A stretch of 62,956 bases of DNA, the filler included, from Rhabdomonas costata (lineage: Eukaryota), in assembly GCA_019059605.1 (NCBI GenBank). It is 49 parts of 49 records of this genome, joined end to end, with 100 filler letters (N's around TTAATTAATTAA, not from the genome) between each part and the next. Parts side by side here need not be neighbours in the genome. Positions count along the whole stretch, not along the records: positions 46,332 to 47,518 come from JAHMHO010024478.1; positions 47,619 to 48,805 come from JAHMHO010024479.1; positions 48,906 to 50,090 come from JAHMHO010024480.1; positions 50,191 to 51,378 come from JAHMHO010024481.1; positions 51,479 to 52,665 come from JAHMHO010024482.1; positions 52,766 to 53,951 come from JAHMHO010024483.1; positions 54,052 to 55,238 come from JAHMHO010024484.1; positions 55,339 to 56,525 come from JAHMHO010024485.1; 41 more parts are not named here. One strand, given 5' to 3'. Both the position numbers and the translations under genes were made by a program. Below, in pieces: positions 47,237-58,824 of the stretch. Every line of letters begins with the position of its first letter. Within the stretch, counting starts at the first letter, position 1. Below the pieces are notes generated by a model. That model ran no database searches. It saw nothing but the letters and a program-made list of their open reading frames with translations, and was not told where the DNA came from.

Positions 47237-49950
47237 AACCTATGCACATCCAAAGGCGATTTTCGCTGTAGTCTAGTGCGGGCAGTGCAAATTATTACCC
47301 GGAGTTTCAATTTCACACTGGAAAAAGAAAGGGAAATCATCCAGAAATCGCGGTTCGCCATTATTACGCTTTAATTCTGCAAAGTATGTTTTCCGGGAAA
47401 CATAAAGCAGAACCCACACCACGAAAACTTCGGAAAAAGGATACGTTCCGATGTCCGCTGTTTCTAAATCGCCCGTTTCACCTCAAAACTGACAGGTGGG
47501 AAAATTTCCCCCAAAACANNNNNNNNNNNNNNNNNNNNNNNNNNNNNNNNNNNNNNNNNNNNTTAATTAATTAANNNNNNNNNNNNNNNNNNNNNNNNNN
47601 NNNNNNNNNNNNNNNNNNGTTGGGTTGGGTGTCTTTTTTGCTTTACCATTCTTTGTTTTCTTCTTACTCTTTGTCACCAAAACGCTGTTGTGATAAATTT
47701 GTATGGTTACTCATTGTTTTCACTTTTGTATTGCATCGGTTCCATATAGAGATAAATACCAAGCTGCGGAGTCCACCAGAAGCTCCTCTGGAGGCATTTT
47801 GTTTTGTGGCAAAATGGTGCGGTAATTGTGGACTTTTTAATTTCCCACAAGTATGTCAGCTGGTACAAGATATGTAACCACATGCTGTGACTGCAGAAAT
47901 CCGCCTTTAGAGCAACCTCTTCTAATCGGCTGAATGGATACATTGTGGCATCGATACGTTTGGCACTCTCCAGAACGTTATTTTAGCATTAATATTGCTC
48001 AGGGCTTCCTTGTTTGGTACATTGACTCTAAAAGATGAGTCCGCTCCATCTGGAGCAAACTGTACTCAGTTATACTCAGTTATACTCAGTTTTTTCATGC
48101 AGCCTACGAACTCTCTCGGCATGCTGCAATCGACAGTCCGCATGCATCATCACGGTTGAGTTGAGATTCAATTCTTTGTGAAGCTCTTAACTGGAAATAA
48201 TATCACAATGCAAATTCAAACGGCCACATCCTTCCGCGAGCTAATGAATCTGATCAACTACAGAGAGTGCATCACCCGAACAGCAGCGGATTATGTTTGG
48301 CAGACAACAGCTAAACCCACGCAAACCGCTTCCGGATACGAGCTCGCGAATAATAGCGATTTACTTGTACTTGTACTTGTACTTGTAGTCCATGGCAGCA
48401 AATAAACCAATAAGGCAGCAGCGTGAACAGGCACAACACCACTTTGTCGCCTAGCCATGCGCAGCAGCCTCATCCGCAGCCATGAAGAAGCCCACACAAA
48501 GCCTCCCACACGCCTGTGGAATGAGCTAGCGCTGACGCCTGCGCCGCCGCCTCCGAAGCAGACACGGAACGATGAACATTCGTTTTGATGGCGATCCATG
48601 CCTTTGAATTGATTCTAATCAATTAATTAATGGTTAACTTAAAACGTCCTCTTCACTCACATTTAGAGTATTGTGTGTTATACTCTGGTAACTGGTCGTA
48701 TGTAATATTGTTTGCTTTCACTTTTAGCCATGTTTACTTTGTTTGATTTGAAGAAACTGTGTGATGACGAGGCAACTGCTACAGTGTATTAATGGCGGTT
48801 ACTTCNNNNNNNNNNNNNNNNNNNNNNNNNNNNNNNNNNNNNNNNNNNNTTAATTAATTAANNNNNNNNNNNNNNNNNNNNNNNNNNNNNNNNNNNNNNN
48901 NNNNNCGTCTGAATTGTGGGTCGCCTTGGAAGGAGGGGGGGGGGGGGGGGGGGTTGAAAGTGTGCCGTCACTGTTCAGTGACTATTTCCTGGGTATGTTC
49001 TCTGCGTTGCGATTCGCAGCGGATCCCAATATCCACTACTGGAGGAACAAGTACAACTTCGGTGCCAAGTACGACCCGTACCCGTGCCTTTCCTTTTTTA
49101 GCCTGTTCATCGTCTTGTGTGCATATGCGTTTTGAGGACTACGCCCGGCAACTTTCACTGGTGACACCGCGAGTGAGGCTTCATTGCTCGGCTTTTCGAG
49201 ACAGGAATAAAAGAGGAAACGGGCTGACGTCAAAATTCGAAACGATTGCCGCCAAAGAAGATATGTGGAACTCATCGCCTGTAAGGTTCCCCAAGATTGA
49301 TATCATGATATCAATGAACTCATTTATTTCACCCACCCAGGAAATGATCAACAATCGTCGCTTGTCAAAGGTTTCCAACGCCCCTGGCTTCACAGGGAAG
49401 GAACTCCAAGACAGAAAACCCAGTCGAATGCCTCATTTTACTTTTTTGCTGCATTTCAACCTTAGTTTTTCGAGTTTTTCATCCTGTCTGCACATGACCC
49501 TTGGGGTCAGCAAAGCATTCTTAAAGTTTCTTGTGAACCCTATCGTTGTATGTGTTTGAGTGTAAATTTTGGTGTTTTGTCACAAAACGCATACTTTCAA
49601 AAGTGGGTGAAAATTCCGGTGTCCACAGCGAGCGCAGGGAGCCCCCCCCCCCTTCGTCATCATTGTGAAGGAGACAACCTTTTCTACCGGCCTGCCTCGG
49701 TTTCACCCTCTTAAACGTCCGCTTTTGTTATCCTATGTTAGAAAATTGCTGTGTGTTCACGGAAGTGCCGGAAGTGCTCAACACTGAAAGTAGTGTATCA
49801 ATTTACCCCTATCATTGGGCGCTTCAACCTTGAACCGAAAGCACATCGAGTGGAGGCGTTTTGGTCCATACCTTTTTTTTCCATTCTTAAACCAGAGGGC
49901 AAAATTGCTTTTACTCACATCTTAGGCCGCTGTTCATTGTCCCTGCGAAG

Positions 49951-50080
49951 GGACGGTTCCGGATCGCTTTGCTGCAGCTCGTGGACTCGGCCTGGTTTGA
50001 AGCCTTCATCATGGTCCTGGTCTTGTACCTGTTCCTGGGAATTGTGGTGGATCTGGATTGCTGGGACATCGATCCCGATC
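49951..50080 (+). CDS. Exon resembling the pre-S1/S1 helix of a voltage-gated ion channel or voltage-sensor domain
   Basis: After GCGAAG: GRFRIALLQLVDSAWFEAFIMVLVLYLFLGIVVDL. Not in the ORF track. Confidence 0.5.
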
Positions 50081-50644
50081 CACCACACCCNNNNNNNNNN
50101 NNNNNNNNNNNNNNNNNNNNNNNNNNNNNNNNNNTTAATTAATTAANNNNNNNNNNNNNNNNNNNNNNNNNNNNNNNNNNNNNNNNNNNNGGGGGTGGTT
50201 TATATGCAACGCACGTTGCATCGGAAAACACGTACCTTTGCTAAATGCATACAGTGCGCTTTATTGTTTCTATTCTTTCGTCATATAGATGTGCTCCCTA
50301 TATGCCCTTTTTGATGTAGGTTCTCTTGTCATTTCATTTAGAACAAAATCGCTTGTCTCAGGCCCTGCTCAAAAATGTTTTTTCTTGCCATGCCGTGGCA
50401 AGCGAATGAGGCCGCTGCACTTGGGAAGACCCATTCAATGCTCAGTACGATTTGCCATTTGCCTTCATCTTGGCACCTGCCCTCCTCCTTTTCTTTTGCA
50501 TACCCTGAAATGTTCTTGGCCTCTTGCCTGCGAACTGGTTCTGCTTTGTTCCACTGAGAATGCCTACTTTCATTGAAATGTCCGGCTACTCTCTCGCGAG
50601 AATAGTTCTGTGGTGTTCGGCAATGCTGATTCACACGGTCGCAG

Positions 50645-51106
50645 CATCCGACCTCGCGGCCCTGCCGGACACCTCGCTGTTCTTTCCCTACAACAGCAGC
50701 ATTGCGTTTCTCGACAACTTCAACGGGATCCCGCAGGCCACCAACTACACGGTTGAGTTCTGGGCTGCCTGCGCCTTTCCTTCGCAATCCCAGGCCAGTG
50801 TGCTCCAGATCAACTCAAACTACGCCAACAAGGGGTTCTGGCAGGACTTCGGCATCGTCTTTGAGGATTCGCAGATGATGTTTGTTTTGGACTACAACGT
50901 TGCTTACCTGCCGTCCATCACTGTGGACCGCGGCTGGCACCATTACGCTGCGACCCACAACTCGCAGGGGCAGTTCTCCTTTTACATCGACGGAGTGCTT
51001 CGGTTTAGCAGGACGCTGAGGCCTCCGGTGGCCTTCCCTTCGAATGCGATGATAGTTCTTGGGCAGAGCATGAACGCCTACATGGGCAGCTTTGATCCGT
51101 CGCAAG
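50645..51106 (+). CDS. Pentraxin / LamG-like (concanavalin A-like) domain exon
   Basis: YTVEFW, DRGWHHYAATHNSQGQFSFYIDG and IVLGQSMNAYMGSFDPSQ, bounded by CGCAG and GTAATG. Confidence 0.85.
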
Positions 51107-51331
51107 GTAATGTACTTTCCGATAAACGCTTTGCCGTGTTTTTCGTTTATGATCCCTTTCGTTTGGCGATTGCAAATTCACACATATGTGCCCGGTTGCG
51201 AGTACGGGCGGTGTGAGTAAACTGAACTTCAGAGCAGAGCTCTGCAGCTGATTAGGTAGATTACTTTAACGCCTGGAAGGTATCAAAGAATTGCTCTTCC
51301 TTCGTTTTGCGCCGCGGGCTTCCTTCTAGCT

Positions 51332-51378
51332 CTCACTCACTCACTCACTCACTCACTCACTCACTCACTCACTCACTC
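51332..51378 (+). repeat. Microsatellite (ACTC)n
   Basis: Read directly; runs to the contig end. Confidence 0.95.
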
Positions 51379-52994
51379 NNNNNNNNNNNNNNNNNNNNNN
51401 NNNNNNNNNNNNNNNNNNNNNNTTAATTAATTAANNNNNNNNNNNNNNNNNNNNNNNNNNNNNNNNNNNNNNNNNNNNCCGTGTGGTTTGCCCGCTGTGG
51501 ACCGCAGAGTCTCCTGTCTATCCCTTCCCCTCTCCCAGGCCCTCCAGGACGGTATGACTGCGACGTTTTGCTTTGCCGGACCACGTCACTTGATTTCTCC
51601 TTCTCCTCCTTCGCTTTGATGGTGAGGTATTCGTCAGATGAGTGGCTATCAGGATTGTGTTGTCGCTTCTGATGCATGGTAGAATCGCAATAGCTCGCAA
51701 AGCGTTTCGAAAAACAATAAACCGGGTCAACCATGCCTTACCTTGACGGCAACCTTGACGGCAGGTTTCGAATAAAAAACAACCGGAGAATGGAAAGCAC
51801 TTAGGTAGCACATGAGGAAGCACGCGGTCTACCGCAGCAGCCTTTTCCCTCCTTAACAGTTGTCGCCACCGTTATGGCCCAGACAGATATCCACCCACTC
51901 TTGAACCTCGAATCAGCCGTGCCGGAAGAATTGTCTGCTGAACCACGCTCAATCTGTGCGTTTTAAAAAAAAATAGGGTCACAGTCCGACGGCACGGCGG
52001 GCTAGGACAAATTACGTGGATCTTGCGACTTCCCCGCGTAGCCCACTCGATCCTCTCCACTCCGTGGTCACTCCCGACAAAGCTTTCTCTTTGTGAGCGC
52101 TGTCGACTCACCTAGGTGAGGAGACTTTCTTTCCACCGGGTTGGCCTCGCTTTCGCCATGGGCCGGGTAGAGCCTGGCCGCAACCACTACTCGCAGCTGC
52201 CCAAGCCTGTGGACTCTTGGTCGACGACTCTCGGTCGCAACCTGCCACTCCGTCACACCCTCTCGGTCGCTTCTCAAACTTCTCCAAAGGGGACTTAACC
52301 ACCTTCGCTACGCAACCGGTCCTCATACATCAACTCCCGACTGACCCGCGCCGCGCCTCACCTCGAAGTGGACTTGACCGCCTTCGCTTCAACCACAACA
52401 CGCGGAAAGGAACTAAACAGCCCTCCCCTAACAACATCACTTGCCAGAGCACCTGGCGCTTCACACTTCTCATGCGGACTCCGCCGCTTGCTGGGACTAA
52501 TTCGTCGGGGGGTCTTCTGCCTCACCGCCTCGCTTCGCCAAACTCGGAGGTGGGAATTGTGATGAAATGGGCCGCCTACGGGCCAGTAGCAATTCCAATG
52601 CTACCCAAATTGTCCTCTTACCTTGTTCCTCTTTGGCTTCCGAAGTGAGCGGCGGCACAACACCCNNNNNNNNNNNNNNNNNNNNNNNNNNNNNNNNNNN
52701 NNNNNNNNNTTAATTAATTAANNNNNNNNNNNNNNNNNNNNNNNNNNNNNNNNNNNNNNNNNNNNTGTGTTGGGTGTGGGTGGGTGTGTTGGGTATGAAG
52801 TGCTTCCAAACAGACAAGGTTTGCTTGACAACAGCATCTGATATCTCGACCTAGGGGAATTCTAGTTTGCCAAATGCTGCACCACCGAAATGAGAAGTGA
52901 GAATACCATTTGGATCGGATCCACGTTTCTGCTGCCTCACTCCAGGTTTGTCTTTGGGTGCAAGACTTCTTCGGTCCACCGGAAGGCACACACA

Positions 52995-53951
52995 TCACTC
53001 CTGTGCCCCCTTTTTCTGCTTCTTCTTTTGGTGGAAATGTTTGCGTTCCATAGACGTTGAGGACAGGCCGGGCCTTGTCATCTCACCAGCAGCTGATTTC
53101 CCAGCATCCGCCGGCCGTCCTGGTTTGCTAGAATCGTATTGTGGCTCAATCCCAACGGGCTCGCTCCCAATATCCGGGGATTCGTGCCGGTCTTCTCCCA
53201 CGTCACCTGAATCCGCACTTCCCGACAACAGCGGAAGCTGCCTGATGGCCTCATCACTACCACAGGATGGTGGCTCCGAGTGAGGAACATGGGATTCGCT
53301 GGGGGCCTCACCCTCGCTGTCCACGCTAATACTGTCCTCGCTCAACTCCTCATCGAACTGGGGATCGAGATCTGCAGACGGCACCACATTAGGCCGTCCT
53401 GGGTCCTTGCCAAGCGCAGAATCGCCCCTTTCGGGCACGCTGGCTGCATCGGCAGCCCAGGCAAAGCCCCCGTTCTGAGCAAACAAAGGGTTCCAGCCAT
53501 TAAAAGACCCCGTGGTTTGGTGCTGAGCATGCCGCTCATAAGACCAGTCATGGATAGCATCAGGGTAATAGGTCACGTTCTCTCCTGGGTGCGACGAATA
53601 TGATCCCGGGTTGGGGTAAAACCATTGCCCACTCTGATCTGTCGTCCCCTGGAACTCGCCCTGGTTGGAAAACCTCTGTTCCACCCAGGCGTGACTCCCG
53701 CGGCTGCTCCCTTGACTGTGGCCTCCACCCTCACTGCGAAGGCTGCTGCCACGTGAGTATTCTCCACTCTCCCCGCTGTGGCTACAGGCGCTTCGAGAAC
53801 CACTGCGCCCCATGCTTTCCGAAACTGAGCTCCACGATCTCGAGGTGCGATCTGAAAGAGACTCCGCTTCAGAAAAGTCGCTGTTCCGTGGCGAACCACT
53901 CCGGCTGCCACTCAGCTGAGACCGCGATGTCCCAGAGCCGGACTTTGACCA
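52995..53951 (-). CDS. Ser/Gly/acidic low-complexity, probably disordered C-terminal region; 5'-truncated
   Basis: The 272-aa ORF frame stays open to the contig edge (about 318 codons) and ends with a basic KKKQKK tail. Confidence 0.55.
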   Translation of the reverse strand, partial: WSKSGSGTSRSQLSGSRSGSPRNSDFSEAESLSDRTSRSWSSVSESMGRSGSRSACSHSGESGEYSRGSSLRSEGGGHSQGSSRGSHAWVEQRFSNQGEFQGTTDQSGQWFYPNPGSYSSHPGENVTYYPDAIHDWSYERHAQHQTTGSFNGWNPLFAQNGGFAWAADAASVPERGDSALGKDPGRPNVVPSADLDPQFDEELSEDSISVDSEGEAPSESHVPHSEPPSCGSDEAIRQLPLLSGSADSGDVGEDRHESPDIGSEPVGIEPQYDSSKPGRPADAGKSAAGEMTRPGLSSTSMERKHFHQKKKQKKGAQE

Positions 53952-54337
53952 NNNNNNNNNNNNNNNNNNNNNNNNNNNNNNNNNNNNNNNNNNNNTTAAT
54001 TAATTAANNNNNNNNNNNNNNNNNNNNNNNNNNNNNNNNNNNNNNNNNNNNAGTGGCTCGCCGACCCCCGAAACCGTGAAGTTTTGAAGGCGCGCCGCAC
54101 GCAGAACTCTGGAACCCGGCTCAAGCAATCCAATGCATCTAAGCACAAGTGGGGCCCTGTGGAAATGGCTTAGCTCGTTTGATGTAAAGCAGCTGGTGAC
54201 GTTAGTATTTTCTGTTGACCGGCGCAAATGAAAAGGGTTTTCTCAAAGAAATCAATTCTTATCCCGATGAAACCCAACTGGCAAAACAGCCCCCAAAAAC
54301 AAGAACAAGGGGTTGTGTGAGGGGGGCGGGAAGCCAC

Positions 54338-54454
54338 CTGTGTAGTGGGCGGCTGAAAGGTCCCCGTTGGGAGGGTGCAGACCCTCTGCGTGCCAGAAGT
54401 GCCCGCACACACGGGCCAGGACGTGCCGTCGGTAGAGTACTGCACACTTTGCAT
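54338..54454 (-). CDS. Putative internal exon, unknown extracellular-type protein
   Basis: AG/GT-bounded 39 codons MQSVQYSTDGTSWPVCAGTSGTQRVCTLPTGTFQPPTTQ. Confidence 0.35.
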
Positions 54455-55338
54455 CTGCGCACCCCACCCACCCGCCTGACCAAAGAAGAAACCGAGAATT
54501 TGTGGTATGTTACACCTGTATGACAAAACTCAATTAAAAAGGATCCTCTCCGAAAAAACGGCAAATAATTCCGAACTTTCTGGCACTCCTTGCCCGAAGG
54601 CATTTTCAACCCAAAGGCACAGTGAAGTCTCCCAGGAGGCCCCCAAAAAGAGTCAATTTAGCAAAGCGACCATAAAACCTAATTCCTTAAACCCAAAACC
54701 TAAAAGAGCAAAGCCGACGCAGGTATGGGGTCTTTTCTATGTAGTGGGTACCTAAAACGACAATATAATGCTTAAAAAAAGTTCGACAAAACAAAAGGAA
54801 AAACAGCCTCAAATAGGCAAAAATTGCTCATAAAACATCATATGTTCCTTCATTTCGTCCCCCTATCCCTCCCTCGAAAGTCAATGTTGAGACAGGCCTA
54901 CGGTATGGGCGCAGTCTTTGTCCCAGCATTGACCCACCAGGGGAAGATTTGCATTTTTTTCTATTTGCCTTTTCAGGATTCTTTCATTGTAAGTTTTGTC
55001 GTTTACAGACCAAAAAAGGTGTATGTATAGGTCTGTCCTGTAGTGAAAAGGTGTCGGCGAGGCAAACAATTTGGTTTGCGAAATATGTCCCGTGGTATAG
55101 GTATCCCGTCGGATTTCAATCGATTTGCAGGGGTTACAAGACGTTACAGTGGTTACAAGACGATTTGCAGTGGGGAAGAGGGGCGATAAAAAATGCTCCT
55201 TGGATCCCGAAAGAAGTATTTTTTATCGCCCCACCACCNNNNNNNNNNNNNNNNNNNNNNNNNNNNNNNNNNNNNNNNNNNNTTAATTAATTAANNNNNN
55301 NNNNNNNNNNNNNNNNNNNNNNNNNNNNNNNNNNNNNN

Positions 55339-56525
55339 TGTGATAAATTAAGAACTGCTACAGGTTCAGTAGTTATCAACGGCGCTACGGCGCCGTCTCT
55401 AAATCAAGTATTAACAGCAACAGGAACAACAGGAGCATCGTGGCAAACATTCAGTCATTTAAATCTTTCAAACATTGGAACAAATACACATACTCAAATT
55501 GATACACATTTAAGTTCAAGTTCTGGTGTTCATGGTGTTACTGGTTCTGTTGTTGGAACAATTGATTCTCAGACATTAACAAATAAATCATTATCTGATT
55601 CAACTTCATATTTTGTTAACGTAACAGATGCAACAAAGAAGGTAACATTTAGTTTATCAGGATTAACAACTGCAACTACACGTACAATAACAGTTCCAGA
55701 TGCTTCATTAACTTTAGTAGGTCTGGACACAGTCCAAACCTTAACAAATAAAACAATAGATTCAACGACAAATACAGTAACTTGTGATAAATTAAGAACA
55801 GCAACAGGCGCTGTAATTATAAATACATCAACTGCTCCCACATCCGGTCAGGCTTTAATTGCTACTGGATCAACTGGTGCATCATGGCAGACATTTAGTC
55901 ATTTAAATCTTTCAAATATTGGAACAAATACTCATGCACAGATAGATACACATATATCAGCAAGTTCAGGTGTTCATGGACTTACTGGTTCAGTTGTTGG
56001 AACATCTGATACTCAGACTTTAACAAATAAAACAATAGATTCAACGACAAATACAGTAACTTGTGACAAATTAAGAACAGCAACAGGTACTATTTTAATA
56101 AGCACTTCAAGTTCACCCACATTGGGTCAGGTATTATTAGCAACTGGAGCAACTGGTGCATCATGGCAAACATTAAGTCATTTAAATCTGTCAAATATTG
56201 GGACGAATACTCATGCTCAAATTGATACACATTTAAGTTCAAGTTCAGGTATTCATGGTGTTACTGGATCTGTTGTTGGAACAATTGATACACAAACGTT
56301 AACAAATAAATCACTATCTGATTCAACTTCTTATTTTATAAATGCAACAGATGCTACAAAGAAAGTAACATTTAGTTTATCAGGATTAACAACGGCTACT
56401 ACACGTACAATAACAGTTCCGGATGCTTCATTTACTTTAACAGGTTTGGACACAGTCCAAACTTTAACAAATAAAATAATAGATTCAACGACAAATACAG
56501 TAACTTGTGATAAATTAAGAACTGC
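55339..56525 (+). CDS. Viral fibre/fibril-like Thr/Ser/Gly-rich repeat protein; internal fragment open across the whole contig
   Basis: One frame is open from 55339 to 56525 (the ORF track shows only the part from 56122). It has repeated [24 protein letters not shown] and CDKLRT motifs, A/T-ending codons and no introns. Confidence 0.8.
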
Positions 56526-57392
56526 NNNNNNNNNNNNNNNNNNNNNNNNNNNNNNNNNNNNNNNNNNNNTTAATTAATTAANNNNNNNNNNNNNNNNNNN
56601 NNNNNNNNNNNNNNNNNNNNNNNNNTGTTGGTGTGTTTGGGGGGTTTTGTTTACGAGAAGTCGGAGGGAGCAGGCAGCTCGATGCGAGTCGGTCCGATTC
56701 ATCGGGTTTGGAGCACCATTTTCGGGAGAGGTGCGGAATGTTACGCCTTCTCAGCGATGTGCCGTACCGTACTCCTCCCAACAGTACGATGAATATTGGT
56801 TCTGCGTGTTTTCGCATGTTTTACGAAAACGTATGAGGGGCTGCCCCCTTACCGCTTACAGACGAATTTTGCCCATTGCGAGCCACTCTCACTCACTGCT
56901 CCAGAGTGCACAGAAGAATGCGTTTTCTAATGTCCGGAATGACTCCATCCGTGGAATGAGGTAAGAAGGACTCCCCAGTGAAGTCACAAGACAAAAACAA
57001 GAAAAATTTTAACATCTGATGTTAAAAATGGGGCCCGCAAATATCAACATATTGGGCGTGAAACTTGGGCGTAATGCTTTTGCACCTGCCTGAAACTTGT
57101 GCCATTCCAACTTACGGGGACAAAAACGAGGGCAAAACGAGCACCACTGGACCACGGCAACGTAGCCCTAGCAAATGACATCAATACACGTAAAACGGGA
57201 AAGACTTCAGATTACCCCAACCCTATCGAGACCAGCTTTGTACTTGATCTCACCACCAGACCGTGACGCCAGAAACCCCTTTCCAATTTGGTTCAAACCA
57301 AATTGGGAATACCAGTGTTAGGAACTTTTCATCATACATTGTAAAGGAGGACACTCTTAGAATGACGGTGAGGAATGACCACAACCGCACAC

Positions 57393-57722
57393 CTCGATGA
57401 CAATCAGTTGCTGAACGTACAGCTTCGCGGCGAACCTTATGGTGATGTAGTCGGTGTAGGAGAACTGTGGATCCACCGAGGTGCTGGCCACGGGCCACGG
57501 CGTCCACGCCAGGGGATTGTCCCCGTACCCGAACACGTCTTGGGGGCCCACAAGGGCCGCCGCGCTGTACAAGTCTTCGCTGTACTGAGAGCTGAAGTTC
57601 AGAACCTCAGCGACCCACAAGGAAGCCCCCCGGATTCCCGAGTACAACCCCGTCAATGGGATGCCGCTGTGGTACAACACTCCTGCTGTGGGAAGGGTCC
57701 CCAGCACTACCGTCGCCATTCC
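57393..57722 (-). CDS. Exon with an FBXL4-N / pappalysin-related jelly-roll-like domain
   Basis: WVAEVLNFSSQYSEDLYSAAALVGPQDVFGYGDNPLAWTP...DYITIRFAAKLYVQQLIVIE; 110 codons between TACGCAG and GTGTGC. Confidence 0.7.
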
Positions 57723-58681
57723 CTGCGTAAAAAAAAAGAAGACATCCATGGGCACAGTACAGCCTCCCCCCGCCCCCCCCGTTATTCGCTTTTGAATTAG
57801 CCCACAACCCCNNNNNNNNNNNNNNNNNNNNNNNNNNNNNNNNNNNNNNNNNNNNTTAATTAATTAANNNNNNNNNNNNNNNNNNNNNNNNNNNNNNNNN
57901 NNNNNNNNNNNTTTGTGGGGTGGTTGCACGTGCTTTTTTGAATGTAAATTTTCTGTTCTTTATACCCTCCTCTTTGAGCTCTTGATGACGGTGATGCTGG
58001 TGCCCGGGGGACCGCTGCCATCTCTGGCTCTACCACTATACTTTGAGATTTCAACACAGCTTTAGGGTGACTACAGTTACCGTCCCCGCGGACCCCAAAC
58101 CCCCCTGTTCGCTGCTTTTCTCGAAAAGAACCATGCGCGCGTGCACAAGCTCTTCGTCGAAGGGGCGAGGTGTACAGTGCGGGGTGCCGGTGGCCATTAC
58201 TAAGGCCTCGTTGCCACGAGAGAGCCGAAGGTTTGGTGCTTAACTCGGTTTGGTTTCACGCTAATTTGAAGGGAAATGGTTCTAAGGTTCCGAAATGAAC
58301 ATGATGATGATGTTTCTAAGCTTGCGTGGGACCGTTTAAGTTTCATCCACTATCGTGTGGTGGTTGAAGGGTGATTGAATCCTATGAATGCATTTAAGTC
58401 CTCTTCACTGTGTCTGTGGAGTGAAATTGGATACCTTCGAAGATAATGGAACGCTTGAATATTTCGCTCTATGGCTACGTATTATGGAGCTGCGTTGGCT
58501 ACCTGTGAGGATATTTCTTGTGCTTTTGCTTCTTTACCTCAGCTGAAAGCCGTTCTTGTTATGCGGCTGCTTTCTTGTTGAACCCTTGCTCTTTCTTTCT
58601 TTCTCTCCCCCCATGTGGCTGACGATCGGTTGTGTTCCGTTCTCTCTTTTGCTCAACTGAAAAGAGAATGTCGTGGGTTAG

Positions 58682-58824
58682 CGGGACCCACCTCCGGGTG
58701 CTGTATGGGTTCGAGGCCCAGGGCGAGGGCGAGCTCTCGGTCAGCGCGGAGGAGACCGTGGTGTGCCTAGGCACCCCGCAGCACCGGTGGGTGCTGGTCC
58801 ACTCCGTGGCCTCTGGAAAGGAGG
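58682..58824 (+). CDS. SH3 domain exon
   Basis: RVLYGFEAQGEGELSVSAEETVVCL...WVLVHSVASGKEG, matching the SH3 ALYDF...ELS...W...G pattern. Confidence 0.8.

Noticed and set aside
52100..52650. Possible non-LTR retrotransposon C-terminal remnant
   Set aside because: Only a vague compositional resemblance, with no diagnostic motif.
55569..55841. 90-aa minus-strand ORF
   Set aside because: It is the antisense shadow of the plus-strand repeat protein.
58062..58068. TTTAGGG/TTAGGG telomere-like words here and at 60488
   Set aside because: Single isolated copies with no tandem array.
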